Origin: an uncultured Actinomycetota bacterium
GTDB taxonomy: Bacteria; Actinomycetota; Actinomycetes; Propionibacteriales; Nocardioidaceae
Direction of reading: 5' to 3'
NCBI GenBank assembly: GCA_963780275.1
Contig: CAWABE010000003.1
Span: 124,958 to 188,957 of the forward strand
Length of the DNA: 64,000 nucleotides
Positions 37,993 to 48,196 of this stretch are shown one piece after another. Numbering within the stretch: the first letter of the stretch is position 1; each line of letters starts with the position of its first letter. The translations under genes were made by a program, and so were the position numbers. The notes beneath the pieces are model-generated. The model did no database searches. It was given only the letters and a program-made list of their open reading frames with translations, and was not told the origin of the DNA.

Positions 37993-39596
37993 AGCGCGTG
38001 CCTCCCGCAGCCGACAAGAAGTCGTTCTACGTCACGACGCCGATCTACTACGTCAACGACGCTCCGCACATCGGGCACGGGTACACGACGGTGATCGGCG
38101 ACATCATCACGCGATGGCATCGCCAGAGGGGCGAGGACGTCTGGTATCTCACCGGCACCGACGAGCACGGGCTGAAGGTGCTGCGCAAGGCCGAGCAGAA
38201 CAACACCACCCCGCAGGAGTGGGCCGACCGGCTGATCGAGAACGAGTGGATGCCCCTGCTCGAAACCATCGACGTCGCCAACGACGACTTCATCCGCACC
38301 ACCGAGCAGCGTCACCTCGACGGCGCGAAGGCGTTCTGGCAGGACCTCTACGATCGCGGCGCCGTCTTCAAGGGCGAGTTCTCCGGCTACTACAGCGTCG
38401 GCAGCGAGGAGTTCGTCGGCGACGACGACGTCGTCGACGGCGAGGGCGACGACGAGGGGTTCAAGGTGTCCGCGCTCGACGGCAGCCGACTCGAGCACAT
38501 GACCGAGGAGAACTACTTCTTCAAGCTGTCGGAGTACCAGCAGCCGCTGCTCGACTACTACGACGCCCATCCCGACTTCATCCAGCCGGCGTCGGCCCGC
38601 AACGAGATCGTCGCGTTCGTGCGCCGGGGTCTCAACGACCTGTCCATGTCCCGCTCGACGTTCGACTGGGGCATCCAGGTGCCGTGGGACGCCAACCACG
38701 TGATGTACGTCTGGATCGAGGCGCTGCTCAACTACGTCACCGCGGCCGGATACGGCACCGACGAGGAGCGGTTCGCCCAGCTCTGGCCGGCCGACATCCA
38801 CCTCGTCGGCAAGGACATCGCCCGCTTTCACGCGGTCATCTGGCCGGCCATGCTGATGGCCGCCGGCCAGCCGGTGCCGCACCAGGTCTTCGCCCACGGC
38901 TGGCTGCTCGTCGGCGGTCAGAAGATGAGCAAGAGCAAGGCCAACGGCATCCGGCCGGACGAGCTCGTCGACGTCTTCGGATCCGACGCCTACCGCTACT
39001 ACTTCTCGCGGGCGCTGACGTTCGGCAGCGACGGCTCGATCTCCTGGGAGGACTTCCACGCCCGCTATCACGCCGAGCTCGCCAACGGCTTCGGCAACCT
39101 CGCCTCCCGGGTGGCGGCCATGATCGGCTCGTACTTCGGCGGCACGCTGCCCATCTCCGGCGAGCTCACCGACGCCGAGACGAAGATCGTGCGCACGGTG
39201 GAGTCCGCGGTGGCCGACGCCGAAGCCGCCATCGACGCGGTCGCGCCGCAAGACGCCCTGACGGCGGTCTGGCGCATCGTGGAGGACCTCAACGGCTATC
39301 TCACCGAGCAGGCGCCGTGGAAGCTGGCCAAGCAAGAACCGGATGCGACCACCCAGGGCGGTCGCCTGGCCACCATCCTCGTCACCGCGGCCGAGGGGCT
39401 GAGGGCGCTTGCGGTGCTGCTCAACCCGGTGATGCCCAAGTCCTCGGCGGCGCTGTGGTCGTCGCTGGGCGCCGAGCCCGCTCTGGGCGCCCTGGCCGAC
39501 CAGCACGTCGCCGACGTCGCGGCGTGGGGCGTCTTGCCACCGGGATCCACGATCACCAAGGTGCCGAGCCTCTTCCCGCGGATCGAGAACGCGTGA
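37989..39596 (+). CDS. metG: Methionine--tRNA ligase
   Basis: TTPIYYVNDAPHIGH, GTDEHG, YVWIEAL, GKDIARFH, KMSKS. Confidence 0.97.
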   Translation: MKRVPPAADKKSFYVTTPIYYVNDAPHIGHGYTTVIGDIITRWHRQRGEDVWYLTGTDEHGLKVLRKAEQNNTTPQEWADRLIENEWMPLLETIDVANDDFIRTTEQRHLDGAKAFWQDLYDRGAVFKGEFSGYYSVGSEEFVGDDDVVDGEGDDEGFKVSALDGSRLEHMTEENYFFKLSEYQQPLLDYYDAHPDFIQPASARNEIVAFVRRGLNDLSMSRSTFDWGIQVPWDANHVMYVWIEALLNYVTAAGYGTDEERFAQLWPADIHLVGKDIARFHAVIWPAMLMAAGQPVPHQVFAHGWLLVGGQKMSKSKANGIRPDELVDVFGSDAYRYYFSRALTFGSDGSISWEDFHARYHAELANGFGNLASRVAAMIGSYFGGTLPISGELTDAETKIVRTVESAVADAEAAIDAVAPQDALTAVWRIVEDLNGYLTEQAPWKLAKQEPDATTQGGRLATILVTAAEGLRALAVLLNPVMPKSSAALWSSLGAEPALGALADQHVADVAAWGVLPPGSTITKVPSLFPRIENA

Positions 39597-40456
39597 CCGA
39601 CCCGCAGGACGACTGGCCCTGGCCGGACGCCCCGGAGCCGTTGCCGTCACCGGTGGTCGACAACCACTGTCACCTGGACCACCGCACCCAGGGCGGCTTG
39701 CTGATCGACGTGGACGAGGCGCTCGATCGTGCCGCGGCGGTGGGCGTCACCCGGATCGTCCAGGTGGGCTGCGACATCGAGAGCTCGCACTGGGCCGTGC
39801 AGACGGCCCGCGAGCAGCCGGCCATCGTGGCCACCGTCGCGTTGCACCCGAACGAGGCGCCGCTGCTGGCCGAGCAGGGCACGCTCGACGACGCGCTGGC
39901 CGAGATCGACCAACTGGCCCAGGACGACACGGTGCGGGCGGTGGGTGAGACCGGGCTCGACTACTTCCGGACCGGTGTCGGGGGCCGCGAGGCCCAGCAC
40001 CATTCCTTCCGCGAGCACATCCGCATGGCGCACCGGCACGACCGCACCCTCGTCATTCACGACCGCGACGCACACGACGACGTGCTGCGGCTGCTCGACG
40101 AAGAGGGCGTTCCGCCCCGCACGGTGATGCACTGTTTCTCCGGCGATGCGGACTTCGCGCGAGCCTGCGTGGAGCGTGGCGCCCATCTGTCGTTCGCCGG
40201 TACCGTGACGTTCAAGAACGCCCAGTCGTTGAGAGATGCACTGGGAGTGACACCTCATGACCGTATTCTCGTGGAGACCGATGCGCCCTTTCTCACACCG
40301 ACGCCCTACCGCGGACGCCCCAATGCGTCCTTCCTGGTCCCGCTGACGGTGCGTTTTATGTCTGGAATCGTAGGTATTTCCGACGACGACCTCTGTCGTC
40401 AAATCACTGCCAACACCGACCGCGCCTTCGGTGGCCCGTGGGCAGAGCGGATTTGA
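39593..40456 (+). CDS. tatD: TatD family deoxyribonuclease
   Basis: VDNHCHLD, HPNE, VGETGLDY, IHDRDAH, HCFSG, ETDAPFLTP; GTGA overlap with metG. Confidence 0.94.
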   Translation: MTDPQDDWPWPDAPEPLPSPVVDNHCHLDHRTQGGLLIDVDEALDRAAAVGVTRIVQVGCDIESSHWAVQTAREQPAIVATVALHPNEAPLLAEQGTLDDALAEIDQLAQDDTVRAVGETGLDYFRTGVGGREAQHHSFREHIRMAHRHDRTLVIHDRDAHDDVLRLLDEEGVPPRTVMHCFSGDADFARACVERGAHLSFAGTVTFKNAQSLRDALGVTPHDRILVETDAPFLTPTPYRGRPNASFLVPLTVRFMSGIVGISDDDLCRQITANTDRAFGGPWAERI

Positions 40457-40492
40457 CCTGTGATTCGGCATTCGTACGGTGGAAAAGTTGCC

Positions 40493-41641
40493 ATGACCCC
40501 GAGACACAAGGTTGAGACCGTGCGTCACCCGCGTCATTTCCTCTTCCGCACCCATCACACCCGCAAGAAACGCGCACTCATCGCGCTCAACGTCGCCGTG
40601 CTGCTGGTTCTCGCCGGCGGCACCGCCGCTTACGGAGCGCTCAGCAAGACCGTCACCATCAGCCTCGACGGTCGCGCCGACACCGTCCGCACCTTCAGTG
40701 ACTCCGTCACCGGTGTGCTGGCATCGAAGGACGTGAGACTGCGGCCGGACGACAAGCTCAATGTCGCCAGAACCAGTGGTGTCACCGATGGCGACACGAT
40801 CAAGGTCGACTTCGCCAAGCCGGTCACTCTCGCGGTCGACGGCGTGGCCCGTGCGAACACGGTGCACGACAACAAGGTGGGCGACGTCCTCGACCGCTAT
40901 CAGGTCCAGCCCGACGAGGACGCCTACGTCTCGGTCAGCCGGTCCGCCCGCATCCCGCGGCAGGGACTGGAGATCGTCGTCAGCAACCCGAAGAAGATCG
41001 TCGTCGAGGCCGACGGCGACACCAAGAAGTTCACCTCCACCGCGCCGCGGGTCGAAGACGCACTGAAGGAAGCCGACGTTCGACTCGACCGCGACGATGA
41101 GGTCAGCCTCGGTCGTGGCGCGCTGGTGAGCGAGGGAGACAAGATCTCGGTCACGCGCATCGAGATGATCGACAAGACCGAGACGGTCGACATCAAGCCG
41201 CCGGTCGAGTACAAGGACGACGCCGACATGGAGAAGGGCACCACCAAGGTGCTCGAGCCCGGCAAGGCCGGCAAGGCCCGCGAGGACGTGCTCATCACCA
41301 AGGCGGACGGCAAGGTGCGTCACCGCCTGGTGCTGACCTCGAAGGAGCTGGAGAAGCCGGTCACGAAGGTCGTCGCGCGCGGCACCGCGGAGGCGCCATC
41401 GGTCGCCAGCAACAGCGTCTGGGACAAGATCGCCCAGTGCGAGTCCGGCGGCAACTGGCACATCAACACCGGCAACGGCTACTACGGCGGCCTGCAGTTC
41501 AGCGCGGCCACCTGGCGCAGCGTGGGCGGCCCGGGCCTCCCGCACGAGCACAGCCGCGAGACGCAGATCAAGTACGCGAAGATCCTGCAGGCTCGCTCCG
41601 GCTGGGGCCAGTGGGGCTGTGCGCACGCGAGGTTCAACTGA
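40493..41641 (+). CDS. rpfB: Resuscitation-promoting factor RpfB (DUF348 repeats, G5, lysozyme-like domain)
   Basis: [27 protein letters not shown]; tatD-rpfB-rsmA order. Confidence 0.93.
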   Translation: MTPRHKVETVRHPRHFLFRTHHTRKKRALIALNVAVLLVLAGGTAAYGALSKTVTISLDGRADTVRTFSDSVTGVLASKDVRLRPDDKLNVARTSGVTDGDTIKVDFAKPVTLAVDGVARANTVHDNKVGDVLDRYQVQPDEDAYVSVSRSARIPRQGLEIVVSNPKKIVVEADGDTKKFTSTAPRVEDALKEADVRLDRDDEVSLGRGALVSEGDKISVTRIEMIDKTETVDIKPPVEYKDDADMEKGTTKVLEPGKAGKAREDVLITKADGKVRHRLVLTSKELEKPVTKVVARGTAEAPSVASNSVWDKIAQCESGGNWHINTGNGYYGGLQFSAATWRSVGGPGLPHEHSRETQIKYAKILQARSGWGQWGCAHARFN

Positions 41642-42489
41642 CCCAGCTGCGGCTCCTGGGCGCCGCTGACGTGCGGCGCATCGCCGCCGACATCGGATTT
41701 CGCCCGAGCAAGCAGCGTGGTCAGAACTTCGTCGTCGACGCCAACACCGTGCGCCGCATCGTCCGGACGTCCGGGGTCGGCGTCGACGACGTCGTCGTGG
41801 AGGTCGGGCCCGGCCTGGGCTCGCTCACCCTCGGGCTGCTCGACGTCGCCCGTCGCGTGGTGGCCGTCGAGGTCGATCCGGTGCTGGCGGCCCGCCTGCC
41901 GGCCACCGTGGCCGAGCAGGCGCCCGACCACGTCGACCGGCTCGATCTCGTCGAGGCGGACGCGATGCGCGTCGAGTCTCTGCCGGGTCCGCCACCGACC
42001 GCCCTGGTCGCGAACCTGCCGTACAACGTCTCGGTGCCGGTGCTGCTCAACTTCCTCGAGCAGTTCTCCTCCATCACCTCAGGTCTGGTGATGGTGCAGG
42101 CCGAGGTGGCGCATCGGCTCGCCGCCGGGCCCGGCTCACGAACGTACGGCGTGCCGAGCGTCAAGACGGCCTGGTACGCAGACCTCCGCCTGGCCGGCAC
42201 CATCAGCCGCTCGGTGTTCTGGCCGGTTCCCAACGTCGACTCCGCCCTCGTCGCCTGGGAGCGGCGACCGCCACCCGCCGACGACGAGCTGCGCCCCAGC
42301 ACCTTCGATATCATCGACGCCGCGTTCGCCCAGCGGCGCAAGACCCTCCGGTCGGCGCTCGCGCGGCTGGTCGGGTCGCCTGATGCGGCACAGCGGGCCT
42401 TGGCCGCGGCCGGCATCGACCCCGGCCTGCGGGGTGAGCAGCTGGACGTCGGCGATTTCGCTCGCCTGGCGCGTGTCCTGGCCGACTAG
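41638..42489 (+). CDS. rsmA: 16S rRNA m6,2A1518/1519 dimethyltransferase (start CTG 41638 or GTG 41611)
   Basis: [53 protein letters not shown]. Confidence 0.95.
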   Translation: MTQLRLLGAADVRRIAADIGFRPSKQRGQNFVVDANTVRRIVRTSGVGVDDVVVEVGPGLGSLTLGLLDVARRVVAVEVDPVLAARLPATVAEQAPDHVDRLDLVEADAMRVESLPGPPPTALVANLPYNVSVPVLLNFLEQFSSITSGLVMVQAEVAHRLAAGPGSRTYGVPSVKTAWYADLRLAGTISRSVFWPVPNVDSALVAWERRPPPADDELRPSTFDIIDAAFAQRRKTLRSALARLVGSPDAAQRALAAAGIDPGLRGEQLDVGDFARLARVLAD

Positions 42490-42498
42490 GTTGAACGC

Positions 42499-43419
42499 GT
42501 GACGTCAGCGACCGCGCGGGTCCCCGCGAAGATCAACCTGTCCCTGGGGGTGGGGCCGATCCGCGCGGACGGCTACCACGCGCTCGCCACGGTCTACCAG
42601 GCGCTCGACGTGCACGACGAGGTCCGGGCGGTGAGCGTCGACGACTCCGACGACATCACCGTGTCCGTGCACATCGAGGCCGACCGGCTGGTCGAGTCGA
42701 TCGACGTGCCCACCGACGACGACAATCTTGCTGTCCGCGCTGCGAAGCTGCTGCGCGACAGCACCGGGGCCGAAGGTGGTGCCCGGCTGGCCATCCGCAA
42801 GGTCATCCCGGTCGCCGGCGGCATGGCCGGCGGTTCGGCCGACGCCGCGGCCGCGCTCGTGGCCTGCAACGAGATCTGGGGCACCGGCCTGGCCCGGCCT
42901 GAGCTCGAGCAGCTGGCCGCCCAGCTCGGCAGCGACGTGCCCTTCTTGCTCCATGGTGGAATCGCGATCGGCGGCGGACGTGGCGAGATCATCAGTCCGG
43001 TGCTGGCCCGCGGTTCCTACTTCTGGGTGGTCGCGGTCGCATCGCAAGGACTCGCGACGCAGGACGTCTACGCCGAGTTCGACCGGCTCAACGACGGTGC
43101 CGACCTTCCCCAGCCGGAGCCCCCGGACGACCTGCTCGCCGCCCTGCGGGCCGGTGACGCCACCGAGCTGGGCGCCAGCCTGTCGAACGACCTCACCGAC
43201 GCCGCCCTGTCGCTGCGACCGGAGCTGCGCGGCACGCTCGACCTCGGCCTCGAGGCGGACGCGCTCGGTGCCGTCGTGTCCGGCTCCGGACCCACCTGCC
43301 TGTTTCTTGCCGAGGACGAGGCGCACAGCCTCGACATCGCCATGGCACTCGCCGGGGCCGGAGTGTGCGCCGACGTCATCCAGGCCCGGGGTCCGGTCTC
43401 CGGCGCCAAGCTGATCTGA
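42499..43419 (+). CDS. ispE: 4-(cytidine 5'-diphospho)-2-C-methyl-D-erythritol kinase
   Basis: PAKINL, IPVAGGMAGGSADAA, GSDVPF, NDL, VSGSGPT. Confidence 0.96.
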   Translation: MTSATARVPAKINLSLGVGPIRADGYHALATVYQALDVHDEVRAVSVDDSDDITVSVHIEADRLVESIDVPTDDDNLAVRAAKLLRDSTGAEGGARLAIRKVIPVAGGMAGGSADAAAALVACNEIWGTGLARPELEQLAAQLGSDVPFLLHGGIAIGGGRGEIISPVLARGSYFWVVAVASQGLATQDVYAEFDRLNDGADLPQPEPPDDLLAALRAGDATELGASLSNDLTDAALSLRPELRGTLDLGLEADALGAVVSGSGPTCLFLAEDEAHSLDIAMALAGAGVCADVIQARGPVSGAKLI

Positions 43420-45185
43420 TGGCGCCGCTGCTCGGCGGAGAGGCGCTGAAGGTGGCGTTTCCGGCCCGGCGTGTGCTCGACGGGGTGAGCCTCGGCCTGG
43501 CGGACGGCGATCGCATCGGCGTGGTCGGGCGCAACGGCGACGGCAAGTCGACCCTGCTGCGGGTTCTGGCCCGGCGGATCGAGCCGGACGACGGCCGGAT
43601 CACCTGGCGCCGCGACCTGCGGGTCGGCGTCCTCGACCAGGCCGACCGGCTCGGCCCCGATCTGGTGGTGTCATCCGCGGTGGTGGCCGACCGGCCCGAG
43701 CACGAGTGGGCCGGGGATGCCCGCATCCGCGACATCATCGCCGGCCTGCTGACGGACGTCCCGTGGACCGGCAGGATCGGCGAGCTCAGCGGTGGTCAGC
43801 GCCGGCGCGTCGCCCTCGCCCAGGTGCTGGTGGGCGAGCACGACGTGGTGTTCCTCGACGAGCCCACCAACCACCTCGACCTCGAGGGCGTCATGTGGCT
43901 CGCCGAGCACGTGAAGTCGCGCTGGCCGCGGGGAGTGGGCGGCCTCGCCGTCGTCACGCACGACCGCTGGTTCCTCGACGAGGTCTGCACCCACACGTGG
44001 GAGGTGCATGACGGGATGGTCGATGCGTTCGAGGGCGGCTACGCGGCGTACGTGCTGCAACGCGTGGAACGCGACCGCCAGGCGGCCGCGGTGGAGTCCC
44101 GCCGGCAGAACCTGATGCGCAAGGAGCTCGCGTGGTTGCGCCGCGGTGCTCCCGCCCGGACGTCCAAGCCCAAGTTCCGCATCGACGCGGCGAATGCGCT
44201 CATCGAGCGGGAGCCGCCGGTCCGTGACCCCACCGAGCTCGTCCAGCTCGCCACCTCCCGTCTCGGCAAGGACGTCGTCGACCTGCTCGACGTCTCGGTG
44301 TCATTCGGTGAGAAGGAGGTGCTGCGCGATGTCGAGTGGCGCATCGGGCCGGGGGAGCGTGCCGGCATACTCGGCGTCAACGGCGCCGGCAAGAGCACGC
44401 TCCTGGGGCTGGTCACCGGAGCCGTGAAGCCCACCTCGGGCCGGGTCAAGCGCGGTAAGACGGTTCGCGTCGGCACGCTGTCGCAGACTCTCGCCGAGCT
44501 GGAGCCGTTCGCCGACGACCGGGTGAGCGACGTCGTCGCGAAGCAGCGCACATCCTTCGTCGCGGGCGGGCAGGAGCTATCGCCCGGCCAGCTGCTGGAA
44601 CGGCTCGGCTTCTCGCACGGACAGCTGGCCACGCCGGTGCGCGACCTGTCCGGTGGCCAGAAGCGCCGCCTGCAGCTGCTGGTCGTCTTGCTGGCCGAGC
44701 CCAACGTGCTGATCCTGGACGAGCCGACCAACGACCTCGACACCGACATGCTCGCGGCGATCGAGGACCTGCTCGACGCCTGGCCGGGCACGCTGCTGGT
44801 CGTCTCGCACGACCGCTACCTGGTCGAGCGCGTCACCGACCACCAGTTCGCCGTCCTCGACGGACGGCTGCGGCATCTGCCCGGCGGCGTCGACGAGTAC
44901 CTGCGGCTGCGGGCCGGCGAGACCTCGTCTCGACCGGTTCAACGACCGCCCCATGAGCCCGCCGCAAGGACGACGGATGCGAAGCAGCAACGGCAGGACC
45001 GCAAGGAGGTCGACCGGCTGGAGCGTCAGATCGAGAAGCTGTCGGCGCGTGAGGCCGAGCTGGAGAAGCTGATGGTCGAGGCGGCGACACACCCGGAGAG
45101 CCTCATCCCGCTCGACGAGGAGCACCGCGAGGTCGTCGCCCGTCGCGAGCAGGCGGAGGACGCCTGGCTCGCACTCACGACCTGA
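43419..45185 (+). CDS. ABC-F family ATP-binding protein (Uup-like)
   Basis: Two ABC domains (GRNGDGKST/LSGGQ/DEPTN; GVNGAGKST/LSGGQ/DEPTN), no TM, C-terminal coiled coil. Confidence 0.93.
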   Translation: MAPLLGGEALKVAFPARRVLDGVSLGLADGDRIGVVGRNGDGKSTLLRVLARRIEPDDGRITWRRDLRVGVLDQADRLGPDLVVSSAVVADRPEHEWAGDARIRDIIAGLLTDVPWTGRIGELSGGQRRRVALAQVLVGEHDVVFLDEPTNHLDLEGVMWLAEHVKSRWPRGVGGLAVVTHDRWFLDEVCTHTWEVHDGMVDAFEGGYAAYVLQRVERDRQAAAVESRRQNLMRKELAWLRRGAPARTSKPKFRIDAANALIEREPPVRDPTELVQLATSRLGKDVVDLLDVSVSFGEKEVLRDVEWRIGPGERAGILGVNGAGKSTLLGLVTGAVKPTSGRVKRGKTVRVGTLSQTLAELEPFADDRVSDVVAKQRTSFVAGGQELSPGQLLERLGFSHGQLATPVRDLSGGQKRRLQLLVVLLAEPNVLILDEPTNDLDTDMLAAIEDLLDAWPGTLLVVSHDRYLVERVTDHQFAVLDGRLRHLPGGVDEYLRLRAGETSSRPVQRPPHEPAARTTDAKQQRQDRKEVDRLERQIEKLSAREAELEKLMVEAATHPESLIPLDEEHREVVARREQAEDAWLALTT

Positions 45186-45188
45186 TGC

Positions 45189-46211
45189 CTAGTCGAAGAT
45201 CGCGCTGTAGACGTTGAGCGCCGGCTGCCCGCCGAGGTGGGCGTACAAGACGGTCGAGTCACGTTCGATCTCACCGGAGCTGACGAGATCGATCAGCCCG
45301 GCCATCGACTTACCTTCGTAGACAGGATCGATGATCATCGCCTCGAGGCGGCCCGAGAGGCGGATCGCCTCGATCGTCGACTCGACGGGGATGCCGTACA
45401 GGTCGCCGGCCCAGCCTTCGAGGACGGTGATCTCGTCATCACGCAGATCCCGGCCGAGCTCGATGAGCTTCGCGGTGTTGCGAGCGATCCGGTCGACCTG
45501 ATCGCGGGTCTTGTCGAGCGTGGCCGAGGCGTCGATGCCCAGCACGCGTCGAGGGCGGCCCCCGGCGCTCTTTTCGAGCGCGGCGAAGCCGGCGATCATT
45601 CCGGCGTGGGTCGAGCCGGTGACGGTGCAGACGATGATGGTGTCGAAGAAGAGGCCGAGCTCCTTCTCCTGCTCGGCGACCTCGAAGGCCCAGTTCGCGA
45701 AGCCGAGGCCACCGAGGCGGTGCTCGGACGCACCGGCGGGGATGCCGTACGGCTTCCCGCCTGCCTTCTCGACCTCCGCGATCGCGTCCTCCCACGACGA
45801 ACGGATGCCGATGTCGAATCCTGATGGGTCCAGGTGCACGTCGGCGCCCATGATCCGCGACAAGAGGATGTTGCCGACCCTGTCGTTGCCGGGGTCGTCC
45901 CAGTCGACCCACTTCTCCTGGACGAGTCGGCACTTGAGACCGAGCTTCGCGGCGACGGCAGCCACTTGACGCGTGTGATTGGACTGAAAGCCACCGATCG
46001 ACACCAGCGTGTCCGCACCCTGCGCGAGCACGTCGGGAACGATGTACTCGAGCTTTCGGGTCTTGTTCCCCCCGAAGGCGAGGCCGCTGTTGCAGTCCTC
46101 GCGCTTGGCCCAGACCCGGGCACCGCCGAGATGCCGGGTCAGCCGGTCGAGGGGATGGATCGGACTGGGCCCGAAGGTGAGCGGATAGCGCTCGAAGTCG
46201 TGGATCGGCAC
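45189..46211 (-). CDS. acdS: 1-aminocyclopropane-1-carboxylate deaminase
   Basis: [46 protein letters not shown] and YAHLGG carrying the Glu and Leu that separate AcdS from D-cysteine desulfhydrase. Confidence 0.93.
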   Translation of the reverse strand: MPIHDFERYPLTFGPSPIHPLDRLTRHLGGARVWAKREDCNSGLAFGGNKTRKLEYIVPDVLAQGADTLVSIGGFQSNHTRQVAAVAAKLGLKCRLVQEKWVDWDDPGNDRVGNILLSRIMGADVHLDPSGFDIGIRSSWEDAIAEVEKAGGKPYGIPAGASEHRLGGLGFANWAFEVAEQEKELGLFFDTIIVCTVTGSTHAGMIAGFAALEKSAGGRPRRVLGIDASATLDKTRDQVDRIARNTAKLIELGRDLRDDEITVLEGWAGDLYGIPVESTIEAIRLSGRLEAMIIDPVYEGKSMAGLIDLVSSGEIERDSTVLYAHLGGQPALNVYSAIFD

Positions 46212-46280
46212 ACGTCATGATCCCACGGTGTCTGAGCCGCAGGGCCGTCCGTCAGCCGCCCTTCGGCCGCCATGAGTCGG

Positions 46281-46781
46281 TCAGACGTTCCGCGCGAGGG
46301 CGCGCAGTGCGCTGGCGAGCTTCGTCGCCTCGGCAGCATCGAGCGCTCCGAGGATCTTCCGCTCGTGGGCGAGCAGCTCGTCGAGCGCGGCGTCCACCCT
46401 CTGGCGGCCCGATGCGGTGAGGCGCACGAGCACACCGCGGCGGTCGTCCGGGTCCGGCCGGCGCTCCACCAGCCCGCGGGCGACGAGCCGGTCGACGCGG
46501 TTGGTCATGGTGCCGCTGGTCACCAGCGTCTCGGACACGAGGCGGCCCGGCGAGAGGTCGTAGGGCTGCCCGGCCCGGCGCAAGGCGGCGAGCACGTCGA
46601 ACTCCCAGGTCTCGAGAGCGTGTGCCGCGAAGGCCTGCTTGCGTGCGCGATCGAGGTGGCGAGCCAGCCGCGAGACACGGCTGAGGACCTGCATGGCAGA
46701 GACGTCGACGTCGGGACGCTCGCGCTTCCAGGCGTCGACGATGACGTCGACCTCGTCGGGCTCCTGCGCGGGTGCGGCCAC
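46281..46781 (-). CDS. MarR family regulator (TamR-like)
   Basis: DEVDVIVDAWKRERPD, WEFDVLAALRRAG.PY.LSPG, TSGTMTNRVDRL, DRRGVLV.LT. Confidence 0.9.
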   Translation of the reverse strand: MAAPAQEPDEVDVIVDAWKRERPDVDVSAMQVLSRVSRLARHLDRARKQAFAAHALETWEFDVLAALRRAGQPYDLSPGRLVSETLVTSGTMTNRVDRLVARGLVERRPDPDDRRGVLVRLTASGRQRVDAALDELLAHERKILGALDAAEATKLASALRALARNV

Positions 46782-46797
46782 ACGTCCATGCTAGGTC

Positions 46798-46820
46798 GTC
46801 AAGAATCTTGACGTCGAGAT
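46798..46820. promoter_or_regulatory. Overlapping palindromes upstream of the MarR gene (TamR-like operator)
   Basis: GTCAAGA-A-TCTTGAC (46798-46812) and ATCTTGAC-GTCGAGAT (46805-46820). Confidence 0.7.
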
Positions 46821-46855
46821 GGTTTCGCGCGGATGACGGCGAGTAGCGTGCCGTC

Positions 46856-48196
46856 ATGGACGTCGACGAAGTCGTTGCGGCGGGGGCCACCCAGCAGGTC
46901 ACCGCGATGAGGTCGGGTGCCCTCAGCGCCCGCGAGCTCACGGTGGCCACCCTCGCCGCCGTCGAGCGCGAGAACGCCCGCTTGAACGCCGTGGTGGAGC
47001 TGCTGGCCGACGAGGCGTTCGACGCCGCCGCCGAGGCCGACCAGCGGCGCGCCGACGGCGACGACGGGCCGCTGCTCGGAGTGCCGATCGCCATCAAGAA
47101 CGACCTCGATCTCGCCGGGCATGTCACGGCGCTCGGCAGCCGCGCCGTCACGACTCCGGCGACGGCCGACGCCGAGCTCGTCGCTCGCATCCGGCGCGCC
47201 GGCATGGTTCCGGTGGCGACGACGACCCTGCCCGAGCTGGCGATCTACGGTTTCACCGAGTCCGAGGCCCATGGCATCACCCGCAACCCCCACCACCTCG
47301 ACCACTCCCCGGGAGGGTCGTCGGGCGGATCGGCGGCGCTGGTCGGTGCCGGGGCGGTCAGTGCTGCCACCGCCTCCGACGGCGCCGGCTCGGTCCGCAT
47401 CCCGGCCGCATCATGCGGGCTGGTCGGGTTCAAGCCGACGCATGGAACCATGCCCAGCTCGGGCGGCTGGCACGGTCTGTCGACCCAGAGCGGGCTCGCG
47501 CAGCGCGTCGCGGATGCCGCCCTGTTTCTGCAGACCGTGGGCACCTTCGACGAAAACCTCGTCGATGCGGCCACCACCGATCCGCCGCCCCTGCGGGTGG
47601 GCGTATCGACCAGCGCGTCTGCCGCGACCCGCGCGCTTCCGGTCGACTCCCGCGTCCGGTCGGCCATCGATGCGACGGCCTCGGCACTCGACCGTGCCGG
47701 CCATGAAGTGCGCGAAACGTCCATCCCGTTCCGGCTGGACGCCAGGATGCTCGCGGTTCGTTTCCTGACCGGAATCCGCGACCAGGCCGCGGACGTCGAC
47801 GACCCGTCCCTGCTCGAGAAGCGCACGCGCCAGATCGCCCGACTGGGACGTCCCTTCGGCCCGGGCTCGATTGCCCGGTCACGAGCAGCCGGTGAACGGT
47901 GGGGCGGTTCGGTGCACGACGATCTCGGTGTCGACGTCCTGCTGACGCCCGTGATGAGCGGCCCCGCCCTGCCGGTGGGGCGCTTCGACGGCCGTGGCGG
48001 CATCCGCACCGTGCTCGGGATGAACGCCTTCTATCCGTACACGGTGCAGTGGAACCATGCCGGGACGCCGGCGGTCTCGATACCGGTGGGCCGGACGGAC
48101 GACGGACTCCCGTTGGCCGTGCAGCTGATCGCCCGCCGTGGAGACGACGCCAGACTGATGTCGCTCGCCGGCTGGCTGGAGCGATCGTCAGCGTGA
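46856..48196 (+). CDS. Amidase signature family protein
   Basis: GVPIAIKND, PGGSSGGS, SDGAGSVRIPA..CGLVGFKP. Confidence 0.93.
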   Translation: MDVDEVVAAGATQQVTAMRSGALSARELTVATLAAVERENARLNAVVELLADEAFDAAAEADQRRADGDDGPLLGVPIAIKNDLDLAGHVTALGSRAVTTPATADAELVARIRRAGMVPVATTTLPELAIYGFTESEAHGITRNPHHLDHSPGGSSGGSAALVGAGAVSAATASDGAGSVRIPAASCGLVGFKPTHGTMPSSGGWHGLSTQSGLAQRVADAALFLQTVGTFDENLVDAATTDPPPLRVGVSTSASAATRALPVDSRVRSAIDATASALDRAGHEVRETSIPFRLDARMLAVRFLTGIRDQAADVDDPSLLEKRTRQIARLGRPFGPGSIARSRAAGERWGGSVHDDLGVDVLLTPVMSGPALPVGRFDGRGGIRTVLGMNAFYPYTVQWNHAGTPAVSIPVGRTDDGLPLAVQLIARRGDDARLMSLAGWLERSSA

